Shown here piece by piece: positions 32,660 through 43,074 of a stretch of DNA of 64,000 nt. A model generated the notes under the pieces. That model searched no databases. It was not told the origin of the DNA and saw only the letters and a list, made by a program, of their open reading frames with translations. This stretch comes from Myxococcales bacterium. Its GTDB lineage: Bacteria; Myxococcota_A; UBA9042; JABWCM01; BTVJ01. Numbering within the stretch: the first letter of the stretch is position 1; every line of letters begins with the position of its first letter. The stretch covers positions 84,367 to 148,366 of the forward strand of contig BTVJ01000012.1 of the NCBI GenBank assembly GCA_045863395.1, in the 5' to 3' direction. Made by a program: the position numbers and the translations under genes.

Positions 32660-33178
32660 ATGAAGCTATACCAGGGAAGAATCCCGCAGATCGCGAAGGA
32701 CATCCTCGAGGCGCTCACGCGGGAGGAGGACATCGAGGTCCTTCCCGAGGAGGCGCCCGAGGTGGAGCTGGACATCAGCTCCGTCCTCAAGGAGTACATC
32801 CGCGTCGATCGGGACATCACCGACAAGGCCCGGGACCTGATCGCCAGCCGCGACCTCCCGTACAACCAGCTCAGCAAGATCAAGGGACAGCTCGCCGCCG
32901 AGCGGGGCTTCGGGCTCAACGACGACGCGGTGGACTACATCACGAGCCAGATCATCGAGGTGCTGCTCCATACGGTGCACGTCGAGGAGGTCTATGCCGA
33001 GGACCACGAGCTGCGCCGCAAGATGCGCCCCGTCCTTCGTCGCCACATGGAGGTGGACACGGAGCTGGACCACGAGGTCCGACGCCGCATCAAGAACCTC
33101 CAGGAGGGGACGTCCTCCTGGGAGACCGAGTACCAGAAGGTCATGGAGGACCTGAAGCGTACCCGCAAGCTGGACTGA
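32660..33178 (+). CDS. DUF507 family protein
   Basis: Duplicated DUF507-like halves, ending NLQEGTSSWETEYQK. RBS GGAGG. Confidence 0.8.
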   Translation: MKLYQGRIPQIAKDILEALTREEDIEVLPEEAPEVELDISSVLKEYIRVDRDITDKARDLIASRDLPYNQLSKIKGQLAAERGFGLNDDAVDYITSQIIEVLLHTVHVEEVYAEDHELRRKMRPVLRRHMEVDTELDHEVRRRIKNLQEGTSSWETEYQKVMEDLKRTRKLD

Positions 33179-33202
33179 TCCGGTCGGGGACGACGCACCG
33201 CC

Positions 33203-35857
33203 TCAGTGTCGGTCGCGGCCCCTCCTTCGTCGGGCAAGCGCGCCGCCCACGAGCAGCAGCGCTGCCCACGTCGCCGCCCCACCCTTCGCGCCACACCCAC
33301 CCGAGCTCGTTCCGGACTTCGCTTCGCCTGAGTCCCCCGTGGGCGCCGAGACGTCCGCGCCACCCTCCACGGGAGCGGGTCCCGCGTCCTCCCCCGCGCT
33401 CACGTCCGTTGCACCCGCATCTTCAGTGCCGTCGGGGTCCACCCGCGCGGGCGCCTCGGAGACCTCGACGAGGAACACGGCGGAGTCCGTCCAGCCTTGT
33501 GGGTCCTCCACCTCCACCTTGACCACGTGGGGCCCGAGCGCATCGAAGGTGACCCCGATGGTGGGCCCGTCGTGGTCGTCCCACGCGCCGTCGTAGCCCA
33601 CGTCCCACCGCCACGTGAGGTCGGCCGCGTCGTCGTCGGGATCGGTGGTCCCGCCGGCGTCCAGCGTCGTCTCCTGTCCCAGGTACGCCGGCCCCAGCTC
33701 CACGTGGAGGATCGGCGGCTGGTTGGCCGGAGGATCGGCGCCCGTCACGAGCCGGTGGGTCAGGAGGCGGCCATACCCCCACTCGTCGTTGGGCGTGCTC
33801 CCCGTGATGGCGTCTCCGCCGGACCGCTCGTGGACCCGCGCCATGACCTGCGCCGGGCTGAGCCCCGGCTCCGCCTGGAGGAGCAGGGCGAGGGCGCCCG
33901 CCACCTGGGGGAGGGCCCCGCTCGTGCCCCCGAAGCGGGTGTACGCTACCCCGCCGGGCCCCTGGAGCGGGTAGGCGGTGTAGTGGTCCTCCGGGGCGAC
34001 CACGTCCACGCCACGCGCCCCGTCGATGCGCGGCCCCCGGCCGCTGAAGGTCTTGAGGCCCCCGTCCACCTCCCCCCAGGACAGCTCGTTGCCGACGGAG
34101 GCGCCCACGCTGATCGCCGAGTCCGCCGTCGAGGGGAAGGCGATGGTCCCCGCGTCGGAGACGTGGCTTTGGAAATGAACCGTGTAGGCGTACCCCGTGT
34201 CGTCGCCCATGGCGATGTGGACCTGGACGGGCCCGCTCGCCTTGCTCGTCAGGTGAACGGCGTAGTTGCCCGACGGCAGCGGGTCGAGAGCGGCGCGGGA
34301 CGCGGCATGCACCACGTAGGCCACCATCAGGGCGGTGCCGCGCGTGGAGTCGTCGGACTCCCCGACCACATACCACCCCGAGCCGCTCCAGTGCTCGCCG
34401 GGCAAGGGGAAGGTCGCGTCCGCCTCGGTCCCCGGGACGGAGATCGACACGTCGACCGCGTCCGAGGCAGCCCCCTGCCAGCGCGCCGTCAGGATCATGC
34501 GCGTGGACTGGAAGCCCACGCTGCTGCCGTCCATCGCGATGATCGGGACCGTGGCGGTCTGCCCCGGCGCCAGGTCCACGACAGCGTGCCCGCCGTAGCC
34601 GGCGAAGTTGTGCGTCGCCGTCGCCTGGACCACGCCGCCCGCCGAGAGGGTGTCCAGCATGTGCTCCCAGTCCGACCCTCCGTCGGCAAACTCCCCAAAC
34701 TGGGTCCCGTACTCGTGGACGATGATCTCCGCCCCCTCGTCGCGCGCCCATGCCACCGCGGTCACGAGGTCTCCCCAAGGATCACCGACCAGCGCCTGCG
34801 CGCCGCTCTGGGAGTGATCGATCATCAAGAGCTCCGCGTCGGGCGCCACCCCGTGGACCAGGGAGCCGAGCTCACCGCCCAGGAGGATGCCGGCAACGCC
34901 GGTCCCGTGCATGGACGCGTTGGCCTTCACGGGCGCGGCCACCAGGTCCTTGCCGCGGCGATAGACCTTTCCGTTGCCCACGGTCATCAGCGCGCGGATC
35001 TTGCTGGTCCCGAGGCGCTTGAGCTTCTCGGGGGCCTCCACGGCGCCGCTGCCGTCCACGTCGTCCGCCGTGAACAGGGGCTCCCCGTACGCCGGGAACT
35101 GCTCCGTGAAGCCCGCCTTCGCGCCCGCATCGCGCACCCCGTTGCCGTTGTCGTCCAGGTAGAGCCAGTCCCACCCCGGCGTGTACGCGCCGTCCTTGCC
35201 GATGATGCCGCCCGAGTAGACGTCGGCGAGCCCCACGTCCAGCACCTGCAGGACCTCCGCCGCGCCGATCTGCCCGTCGCCGTCCACGTCGATGCCGTCC
35301 GTGCCGGGATCGAGGACCCCGTTGGCGTTGACGTCCACCCACACGGTGAGGCCCGCGTCCGCCCGGAAGAACTGGGGGTGGAACGGGTCGATGCCCGAGT
35401 CGATGTCCGCGATGAGCCGCCCGCCCCCCGCCAGCCGCGAGCCGTCAGGGGCGCGCAGGGGCCACACCCGGTCGGCGGTGGTCATCCCGTGGACCTTGTT
35501 GTGCTCCCCCAGGGGGGCGGGCAGGGGCTCCGTCATATGCGGCATGGCGGGCAACAGCGCACGCACGTCCTTGCGCGCAGCGAGGCGATTCATGGCGTCG
35601 AAGCCCACGCGAACGCCATGGAAGGGGCCCACATTTCGGATTCTGCCTTCCACGCGCTGGAACCGCACGCCATCGGCCTCCAGCGCAGCGATGGCGGGGG
35701 CGCTCAGCGGCGCGTCGAAGCGGGCGACGATCACCCGGTCGGCGGGACGCTCCCCAAGGGACTCCGAGAAGCGCAGGCGCGCGCGCAGGTCCGCGGTGGG
35801 GCGTGCGTCGGCCGTGGCAGAGAGCAGCGCGAGGGCGAGCACCAGGGAGGACTTCAT
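33203..35857 (-). CDS. S8 subtilisin-like serine peptidase with PKD-like domain and MYXO-CTERM sorting signal
   Basis: Catalytic triad IADIDSG / HGTGVAG / GTSGALP; FSGRGP; WGYG; C-terminal GGC...hydrophobic...RRRR. Confidence 0.9.
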   Translation of the reverse strand: MKSSLVLALALLSATADARPTADLRARLRFSESLGERPADRVIVARFDAPLSAPAIAALEADGVRFQRVEGRIRNVGPFHGVRVGFDAMNRLAARKDVRALLPAMPHMTEPLPAPLGEHNKVHGMTTADRVWPLRAPDGSRLAGGGRLIADIDSGIDPFHPQFFRADAGLTVWVDVNANGVLDPGTDGIDVDGDGQIGAAEVLQVLDVGLADVYSGGIIGKDGAYTPGWDWLYLDDNGNGVRDAGAKAGFTEQFPAYGEPLFTADDVDGSGAVEAPEKLKRLGTSKIRALMTVGNGKVYRRGKDLVAAPVKANASMHGTGVAGILLGGELGSLVHGVAPDAELLMIDHSQSGAQALVGDPWGDLVTAVAWARDEGAEIIVHEYGTQFGEFADGGSDWEHMLDTLSAGGVVQATATHNFAGYGGHAVVDLAPGQTATVPIIAMDGSSVGFQSTRMILTARWQGAASDAVDVSISVPGTEADATFPLPGEHWSGSGWYVVGESDDSTRGTALMVAYVVHAASRAALDPLPSGNYAVHLTSKASGPVQVHIAMGDDTGYAYTVHFQSHVSDAGTIAFPSTADSAISVGASVGNELSWGEVDGGLKTFSGRGPRIDGARGVDVVAPEDHYTAYPLQGPGGVAYTRFGGTSGALPQVAGALALLLQAEPGLSPAQVMARVHERSGGDAITGSTPNDEWGYGRLLTHRLVTGADPPANQPPILHVELGPAYLGQETTLDAGGTTDPDDDAADLTWRWDVGYDGAWDDHDGPTIGVTFDALGPHVVKVEVEDPQGWTDSAVFLVEVSEAPARVDPDGTEDAGATDVSAGEDAGPAPVEGGADVSAPTGDSGEAKSGTSSGGCGAKGGAATWAALLLVGGALARRRRGRDRH

Positions 35858-35917
35858 GGGGTCTCCGCGTCCAGGGGGCGATGACGGGCGCCAGCCTGCC
35901 TCGGCGCAGCCGCGGGA

Positions 35918-38900
35918 TCAAGCGCGCCGGCGAAGCCCCAGCAGCGCCAGGAGCAGGAGCCACGGGGCCGCGTCGGCGGCGGACGGGCGCCCGGTCTGAT
36001 CGCAAGAGCAGCCGCCCTCGTCTACGGCCGGCTCGGCGGTCTCCCCGATCGCGTCGAGGCCGGGGATCGCGCCGCCTGTCGTCTCGACGCCCGGAACGTC
36101 GCCACTGCCCCCGTCCTCCACGCCCGGACCGGAGTCCTCGCCAGGACCGCCCGCGTCTGCGCCCCCGTCCGCGCCAGCACCCGCGTCGGGGCCGCGGATG
36201 CCGATGCAGGCGTCCATCTCCTCCTTGAATGGCGGGCGGCAGAGCGTCACCTGGGTCGCGGCGAGCGCCTCCTTGCCAACGGTGTCGAGCACGCGGAGCT
36301 CTACCTCGTAGGAGGCCGCCGCCAGACCGGCGCCCTGTGCATCCGTACCGTCCCACGGCACGTCGAGCTCCAGGGAGGTCTTCCCCACGAAGCCCATCCA
36401 CTGGCGCACCACCTCTCCGTCGTGGCGGACCGCCAGCTCCCAGGAGGCGAGGCGGGTCGCGTCGACCGCCGTGGCGGAGAAGGTCGTGGTCTCGGCAAAG
36501 CCGTCCCCGTCGGGGCTGAACACCCCAGGGGTCGCCACGAGCGCGGCAATGGACGGGGGCGACAGGTCGGCAATCGTCACCCCGTCGCTCGACACCTCGT
36601 CAGACGAGGTCACCGTGTCCACGCTGACCTTCACCGCGGAGACGCCCGTCGTGTAGGTCTGCCCCACGACCAGCAGCAGCCCATCGGAGGTGGTCGAGGT
36701 GGCGGGGGCCTGCACCGTCCTCTCGGAGAGCATGGTCCCGTTCTGGCTGAAGACCCGCACGATGAAGCTGGACGCGTCCGTCACAGGAGCCCAGTTGACG
36801 TGGATCCGGTCGCCGGCCTCCTGCTCGTCGAGGTCCGCCGCGTCGGTCAGGGCGGGGCCGGCGCCGTCGTTCTCCCGCACCCACGCCGTCGCGTCCACCA
36901 GCGACTCATCGACGATGACCAGGTGGCCCGTGCCCACGGGCACGGCGATCTCGGCGTCCCCATCCCCGTCGACGTCGATGAGCGCCGGGGTCCCCAGGGA
37001 CCCGCCCAGCGTGTGCGACCACAGGATCTCGCGCGTGGCGGCGTCGATGGCGTAGAGCACCCCGTCGTCCGCCGCCACGAGGAAGCCGGGCACGCCGTCT
37101 CCGAGCGCCGCCACGGGCACGACGTCCGTGATGGCGGGCGTCGGTGTGCCAGGCTCCAGCGTCGCGGGGTCCACGGCCACCCCTCCCATGAGGGCCACCA
37201 CGCCAAGCTCACTGCCGTCCGACCCGTCGTAGAAGAAGAGCGCCATGTCCTGTGTGCGCGCCTGGGCCAGGATGCGCCCCCCGGCCACGCTCACCACGCC
37301 CCCGGAGCCCCGGGTCGCGCTCCCCGGGGTTGCCGCCCAGCGGAAGGAGAGGTCCGGCTCCAGGGCCAGGGAGCCCAGGTGCGTCCCGAGGATGACGACC
37401 TCGTCCTCCCCGTCGCCGTCCAGGTCCGTCTGCACCGGCTGCCCGTAGTAGTGGCTGACGCCCGCCTTGCCCTCGTGGAGCAGCTCCCCCGTCAACGCCC
37501 CGATGGCCAGGCGGCGCGTATCCGCGGTCACGAGCACCGCGGGAGCATAGGGCCCGACCGTCAGCGCGGCCATCCCTCCCACGTTGGCGCCGGGAGTCTC
37601 GATGATCACGGGCGCCCACCGCAGGCCGCCGAGTGCCGAGACGGCGATGAGGCGGTGGGTCACGACGCTGGCGCCGCTGTCGCTCGCCAGGAAGTAGACC
37701 TCGTCGATGCCGTCGCCGTCCATGTCGTCGATGAGAGGATCCAGATTGAAGGCGAGCGTCCCGCCCTCCCCGCCCAGCTCCGTCACGGAGACGCTTGCCC
37801 CGCCCACGGAGCGCACGACGAGGCTCGCTGCGCCGCTCGCCGAGCGCGACAGTACACCCACACCGAGCCCGAGGGGCCCGAGGCGGACCAGGAAGGGGAC
37901 CTGCGTCACGTTCGCCTGGATGTCGAGCAGGGTCGGCGGCTCTGCCACCGGGGTGCCGAGGGACGCGTCGAGCAGGGCCAGGCGACCGCCGGACGCCGGA
38001 ACGAGCAGGGTCGGAGCCCCGGCGTCGTCGGCCCCGACCACCCGCCGCGCCTGGAACCCGCCGTAGGTCAGGTCGCCGTGGGAGTCCCCGTCGGCGTCGT
38101 TGGTCAGCGCCAGCGCACCTCCCGGCGTGCTGGTGAGCACCGCGGCCTCGCCCGAAGCGTACAGCACGGCTACGCTGGCCGCGCCGTCCGAGGCGAACAC
38201 CTGGATGCCATTCACGGGACCTCCGAGGGTGGCGCTCGCCAGCACCGCGCCCAACGACCGGAGCTCGAGCACGTCCGAGATGCTGTCGCCGTCCACGTCG
38301 CGGGCGGCCACGAGGTCCCCGCCGACGCTGAACGGCGCCGGGAAGGGGCCCAGCCTGACGACGGAGCCGGGGAGCTGGAGGACGTCGGTCGACGTGAGAG
38401 CGCCGCCCGCTGCGGTGAGACGACTCAAGACCTTGTCCGCGTAGGCGGGCGGCTTGAGCGCCGTGGTTGGGACGGCCAGGAGCTCGATGGCCCCGTCGCC
38501 GTCCACGTCCGTCGCATCCAGCAGGAGCCGCCCGGGGAGCGCTCCCTTGGGCTCGCCCGTCAGCGCGTCCAGCGCGAGGGCGCTCCACGCACCGCCCTCC
38601 CAGAAGGACGTCAGCACCTCGGGGCGCTCGTCGCCGTCCACGTCGACGAGCGGGCGCGCCGGCCAGGTGTGTCGATCGTCCTTGGGCACCGCGGCGGAGC
38701 GGCTCCACGAGAGGCGCAGCCCCTCACCGTCCCACGCGAAGGCGTAGACGCGCCGCGAGGGCTTGTCGACCAGCGCCCAATCCGTGAACACGAAGATCTC
38801 GTCCTTGCCGTCGCCGTCCACGTCCGCGGCGAGCACCTCGCCGACAGACATGGGGTCGGGGACCACGTCGGACTGCCCGAGCAGTGCCTCGTCCTCGGTT

Positions 38901-39595
38901 GCGCTCCACACGCAGAGGCGCGTGCGGCCGGAGTGGACGACGTCCTTCTTGCCGTCACCGTCCACGTCGGCCAGCGCGAAGATGCGCCCGGGCTCGCCCT
39001 CGCAGTCCTTCCCGGTGTGGGCCAGCGGGACCCCGGAGGCGGGCCCATCCGGGAAGGCGAACACCGTCACCGTCGCGTCGGTGCCGACGTTGATGGAGTT
39101 GTCCACGATGGCGACCTCCGGTGTGCCATCCCCCTGCACGTCCGCCACCTGCACCGCCCAAAGGTCGACGGCCAGAGACGGGGGGCTCTGCCACAAGAGC
39201 GCGCCGGTGGGGGCGTCCAGGATCGCTGCGGTGCGCTTCGTGCGGACCAGCACCACCACACCGCCACCCAGATCCTCGACGCGGACGAGCTGCACGGCCT
39301 GGAGGGGCGGGGTGTCCCAGAGCAGGGCGCCGGATGCGGTGCGCGCCAGGACGCGCCCCCCCTCGATGGAGAGGAGGTCGGCGAGCCCGTCCCCGTCCAG
39401 TTCGCTGACGACCACCTGCGACGGAGCGCCGCCGGTCGAGAAGCGCCACCGGAGGCCGGGCTTGGTGATGGGGAGCGGCTGGGGAGCCAGCGCCTCTTTG
39501 GTGGGGCCCTGCCTCCACTGGCGCCAGGAGGCCTGGGCGCTCCCCGCCACGAGGGCGCTCCCGACAACGACGAGCAACCACCGCATCACGCTCAT
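35918..39595 (-). CDS. Large FG-GAP/VCBS-repeat beta-propeller surface protein with FlgD-Ig-like domain and MYXO-CTERM
   Basis: Signal peptide, about 11 DxDGDGxxE/D motifs, PQQ-like GxLLW motifs, FSPDGDG, C-terminal GGCSC...LLLLALLGLRRRA. Confidence 0.85.
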   Translation of the reverse strand: MSVMRWLLVVVGSALVAGSAQASWRQWRQGPTKEALAPQPLPITKPGLRWRFSTGGAPSQVVVSELDGDGLADLLSIEGGRVLARTASGALLWDTPPLQAVQLVRVEDLGGGVVVLVRTKRTAAILDAPTGALLWQSPPSLAVDLWAVQVADVQGDGTPEVAIVDNSINVGTDATVTVFAFPDGPASGVPLAHTGKDCEGEPGRIFALADVDGDGKKDVVHSGRTRLCVWSATEDEALLGQSDVVPDPMSVGEVLAADVDGDGKDEIFVFTDWALVDKPSRRVYAFAWDGEGLRLSWSRSAAVPKDDRHTWPARPLVDVDGDERPEVLTSFWEGGAWSALALDALTGEPKGALPGRLLLDATDVDGDGAIELLAVPTTALKPPAYADKVLSRLTAAGGALTSTDVLQLPGSVVRLGPFPAPFSVGGDLVAARDVDGDSISDVLELRSLGAVLASATLGGPVNGIQVFASDGAASVAVLYASGEAAVLTSTPGGALALTNDADGDSHGDLTYGGFQARRVVGADDAGAPTLLVPASGGRLALLDASLGTPVAEPPTLLDIQANVTQVPFLVRLGPLGLGVGVLSRSASGAASLVVRSVGGASVSVTELGGEGGTLAFNLDPLIDDMDGDGIDEVYFLASDSGASVVTHRLIAVSALGGLRWAPVIIETPGANVGGMAALTVGPYAPAVLVTADTRRLAIGALTGELLHEGKAGVSHYYGQPVQTDLDGDGEDEVVILGTHLGSLALEPDLSFRWAATPGSATRGSGGVVSVAGGRILAQARTQDMALFFYDGSDGSELGVVALMGGVAVDPATLEPGTPTPAITDVVPVAALGDGVPGFLVAADDGVLYAIDAATREILWSHTLGGSLGTPALIDVDGDGDAEIAVPVGTGHLVIVDESLVDATAWVRENDGAGPALTDAADLDEQEAGDRIHVNWAPVTDASSFIVRVFSQNGTMLSERTVQAPATSTTSDGLLLVVGQTYTTGVSAVKVSVDTVTSSDEVSSDGVTIADLSPPSIAALVATPGVFSPDGDGFAETTTFSATAVDATRLASWELAVRHDGEVVRQWMGFVGKTSLELDVPWDGTDAQGAGLAAASYEVELRVLDTVGKEALAATQVTLCRPPFKEEMDACIGIRGPDAGAGADGGADAGGPGEDSGPGVEDGGSGDVPGVETTGGAIPGLDAIGETAEPAVDEGGCSCDQTGRPSAADAAPWLLLLALLGLRRRA

Positions 39596-39647
39596 ACCGA
39601 CCTCCTCGCCAGGCACCCGCGTATGGTGTCTCAGGTCGCTGGTCGGA

Positions 39648-40055
39648 TCAAAGCGAGTTCGCCGGGGCGAGCAGACGCGCGACGCTCTCCTCGTCGGCGG
39701 GCGGGACGGGGTAGTTGGCGAGCTCAGCGAAGGGGACGAACCGGTAGGCGTGCACGCGCAACGGCACCAGTATGGGGTCCCTCAAGTGGCACCGGTAGAC
39801 CCGGAGCTCGATGGAGAACTGCTCGTAGTCCCGGTCGGTGGCGCTGAAGAGCTCGCCCACCTCCACGATGGCCCCGAGCCGCTCCGCAAACTCGCGCACC
39901 AGGGCGTCCTCGTCGCGCTCTCCGGCCTCGGCGCGGCCACCGGGGAACTCCCACCGCAGCCCGAAGACGGCGTGGGGTTGGCGCTGGGTGAGCAAGGCGG
40001 CGCCATCCTTCTCGATGAGGGCCGTAACGACGCGGATGGTCGGCTTCTCGGACAC
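39648..40055 (-). CDS. Nudix hydrolase (MutT-like)
   Basis: WEFPGGRAEAGE...REFAERLG, PPAD. Confidence 0.85.
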   Translation of the reverse strand: MSEKPTIRVVTALIEKDGAALLTQRQPHAVFGLRWEFPGGRAEAGERDEDALVREFAERLGAIVEVGELFSATDRDYEQFSIELRVYRCHLRDPILVPLRVHAYRFVPFAELANYPVPPADEESVARLLAPANSL

Positions 40056-40156
40056 GGCGGGCCTCCTACCGTCACTGAGCCTGCTGATCTGTAACCGGGA
40101 CGTCGTCCGGGCGCAAGATCGACACTGCCCGGGCGCCTGTGGTACAGGCGCCAGAC

Positions 40157-41503
40157 ATGAAGTCGATCCAGGTGGATCTCATCCGCAAGCTGCTCCACGC
40201 GAACGCTCCGCAGCGGGTCGCGCGGGCGCTGGACCGCCTTCGGGCCGCCGACACGGCAGAGCTGTTCGCCCACCTGTCACCGGGCGAGACGCGCAAGCTG
40301 GTCGGCATCCTGCTCAAGGCGCGGCGGGCGGCGGCCATCCTGGTGGAGCTGCCGGACGAGTACTTGCGGGTGGTCCTCGAGATCCTCGACGACCAGACGG
40401 TGGCCACGCTCCTGACGCGCCTGGCGCCGGACGACGCGGTGCTGTTCATCCACCGCCTCCCCGAGGCCCGCACCCCGGCGCTCATCGCGCTCGTGCCCGA
40501 GCGGGAGCGAGCCGAGATCGAGCGCATCCTCACCTATCCAGAGGGCAGCGCCGGCAGCGTCATGACGACCCGCTTCCTGGCCCTGCCGGCGACGGCGCGG
40601 GCATCAGAGGCCATCGCGGCGATCCGGGCGCAGGGGGAGCAGTCGGATCAGGTCACCTACGTCCACGTCGTCGACGAGGGGCAGCACCTCGTGGGGATCC
40701 TGCCCCTGCACCGCCTGATCACGGCGGAGCCGGACACCCTGGCCTCGGAGATCATGATCAAGGACCCGGCCTGCGTGCAGGGCCTGGCCGACCAGGAGGA
40801 GGCCGCGACCTTGGTGAGCCGGTATGGGCTCCTGTCCTTGCCCGTCGTCGACGAGCAGCACCGCATGGTCGGGCTCATCACCATCGACGACATCATCGAC
40901 GTGATCAACGAGGAGGCCACGGAGGACATGTACCGCATGGCGGGTCTGGACGGCGAGGACCGCGTGTTCTCCACGGCCCGCCAGTCCCTGCGCCGCCGCC
41001 TCCCGTGGAACGTGCTGAACCTGTGCACGGCGTTCATCGCAGCGTCGGTGGTCGGCCTGTTCGAGCACACCATCGGCGAGGCGGTGGTTCTCGCCACCTT
41101 CATGCCCATCGTGGCGGGCATGGGCGGCAACACCGGCGTGCAGACGCTCACCGTGGTCACGCGCGGCATCGCGCTCGGAGAGCTCCAGTTCAGCTCGGGC
41201 CTGCGGGCGGTGCTGAAGGAGCTGGGCGTCGGCCTGACCATCGGCCTCGTCATGGGCACGATCACCGCCCTCATCGCCCTGGCGTGGAAGGGCAGCGCCG
41301 TGCTCGGCCTGGTGCTGGTGCTGGCCATGGTGTGCAACATGACCATCGCGGCCCTCATGGGGGCGGCCATCCCGCTCTTCCTGAAGGCGATGAAGAAGGA
41401 TCCGGCCCTCGGGGGCGGCATCATGCTCACCGCGTTCACGGACACGTTCGGCTTCTTGAGCTTCCTCGGGCTCGCGACCCTGTTCCTCAGCTATCTGCGA
41501 TGA
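40157..41503 (+). CDS. mgtE: Magnesium transporter MgtE
   Basis: MgtE_N domain, YPEGSAGSVM, CBS pair, GMGGNTGVQ, DPA, TD in TM5. Confidence 0.95.
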   Translation: MKSIQVDLIRKLLHANAPQRVARALDRLRAADTAELFAHLSPGETRKLVGILLKARRAAAILVELPDEYLRVVLEILDDQTVATLLTRLAPDDAVLFIHRLPEARTPALIALVPERERAEIERILTYPEGSAGSVMTTRFLALPATARASEAIAAIRAQGEQSDQVTYVHVVDEGQHLVGILPLHRLITAEPDTLASEIMIKDPACVQGLADQEEAATLVSRYGLLSLPVVDEQHRMVGLITIDDIIDVINEEATEDMYRMAGLDGEDRVFSTARQSLRRRLPWNVLNLCTAFIAASVVGLFEHTIGEAVVLATFMPIVAGMGGNTGVQTLTVVTRGIALGELQFSSGLRAVLKELGVGLTIGLVMGTITALIALAWKGSAVLGLVLVLAMVCNMTIAALMGAAIPLFLKAMKKDPALGGGIMLTAFTDTFGFLSFLGLATLFLSYLR

Positions 41504-42926
41504 CCTGCTCGTACAGATCCGCGTAGCGTCGCGCCGAGCGGGTCCAGGAGAAGTCCTCCTCCATGGCCCGCCGGACGAGGCGCCTCCAGGCCGCGGAGTC
41601 GCGCCAGGTGGTGGCCGCGTGCTCCACCGCCGCGGTCAGGGCATGCCCCGTGTGCTCGCGGACCTTGTAGCCGGTCCCAGCCGCCGGATCCTCCCGGACG
41701 TCGCGCACCGTGTCCTCGAGGCCTCCTACTGCGCGCACGACGGGTACGGTCCCGTAGCGGAGGCTGTAGAGCTGGCTGAGGCCGCAGGGCTCGTAGCGGC
41801 TCGGCATGAGGAACAGGTCGGCGCCCGCCTCGATGCGGTGGGCGAGGCCGTCGTCGTAGCGCAAGAAGACCGACGCCCGCCCGGGCCACGCGCTGCCGAG
41901 GTGGCGCATGGCGTCCTCGAGGTGCGGCTCACCTGTGCCGAGCACTGCGAGCTGGACGAGCCCTCGATCAAGCCACCCTGGGGCCTCCCCCGCGATGAGG
42001 TCGATGCCCTTCTGGGTGGCGAGGCGGCTGACCACGCCGGCGATGGGCGGCCCGCTCGGATCGAGGCCCAGCTCGGCGCAGAGGGCCGCGCGGCAGGCGG
42101 CCTTGCCCGCTGGCCGGGACGCCGAGTAGCGGCGCGGGATCAGCGGGTCCCGGTCCGGGCTCCAGACCCCGTAGTCGGCGCCATTGACGATGCCGGAGAG
42201 CACCCCTGCCCGGGCGCGCAGCACGCCGTCGAGACCAAAGCCCTGCTCGCGCCCCAGGATCTCCCGGGCGTAGGTCTCGCTGACCGTGGTGATGCGGTCC
42301 GCGGAGACGAGCCCCGCCTTGAGCAGGTTCACCATGCCGTGGAACTCCACGCCGTCGGTGGTGAAGTGATGCTCGGGGATCCCGAGGGCGTGGAGCGAGC
42401 CCCACGGGAAGCGCCCCTGGTAGCCCAGGTTGTGGACCGTCAGCACCGACGGGATGAAGCCGCCAAACTCTTGGCGCAGGACCCAGGCAGTCAGCGCGGC
42501 CTGCCAGTCGTGGGCGTGGACGACGTCCGGGTGGAGCCGCAGGCGTCGCGCCGCGGCGAGGGCGCCCCGTGAGAGCATGGCGAACCGCAGGTCATTGTCG
42601 CCGTGATCGACCCCGCCCACCTGGTAGAGGCCCCGCCGGTCGTACAGGGCGGGCGCGTCGAGCAGGAGCACGGTCACACCGTCGCTGCGGTCGGCGCTCC
42701 AGACGCCCGCGTGGTGGGTCACGTCCCCGAGGCGGACGTCCAGGCGCTGGTCGAGGCGCCGGAACCCGTGGGCGGCCACATCGATGCTCCCGTAGCGGGG
42801 CAGGACGCAGGTCACCCGCACCCCGAGCTCCGACAGCGCCGCCGGCAGGGCCCCGCAGACGTCCGCGAGGCCCCCCGTCTTGGCGTAGGGCTCCATCTCC
42901 GACGCCACCATGAGCACGTGCAGCAT
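41487..42926 (-). CDS. glgA: Glycogen synthase
   Basis: KTGGLADV, HAHDWQ, TVHNLGYQG, SRLATQKG, MPSRYEPCGLSQL. 3' end overlaps mgtE by 17 bp. Confidence 0.96.
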   Translation of the reverse strand: MLHVLMVASEMEPYAKTGGLADVCGALPAALSELGVRVTCVLPRYGSIDVAAHGFRRLDQRLDVRLGDVTHHAGVWSADRSDGVTVLLLDAPALYDRRGLYQVGGVDHGDNDLRFAMLSRGALAAARRLRLHPDVVHAHDWQAALTAWVLRQEFGGFIPSVLTVHNLGYQGRFPWGSLHALGIPEHHFTTDGVEFHGMVNLLKAGLVSADRITTVSETYAREILGREQGFGLDGVLRARAGVLSGIVNGADYGVWSPDRDPLIPRRYSASRPAGKAACRAALCAELGLDPSGPPIAGVVSRLATQKGIDLIAGEAPGWLDRGLVQLAVLGTGEPHLEDAMRHLGSAWPGRASVFLRYDDGLAHRIEAGADLFLMPSRYEPCGLSQLYSLRYGTVPVVRAVGGLEDTVRDVREDPAAGTGYKVREHTGHALTAAVEHAATTWRDSAAWRRLVRRAMEEDFSWTRSARRYADLYEQVIADS

Positions 42927-43074
42927 GCAGCGCACCTCCAACGCGCCCTTGTACCACAGGTTGGTCGGGGCGGCAGCCGGTTGACCGCCTCGCACCGCGT
43001 CCGCTAGCCTGTGCCGGCGCCAGGTCGGGAGGCGCGGCTCCAGATGGGACTGGAGCCACTCTTGGAGGTGAACC

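Noticed and set aside
40056..40156. M-box or other Mg riboswitch before mgtE
   Set aside because: The intergenic region is only about 100 bp, shared with a divergent gene, and has no recognisable aptamer.
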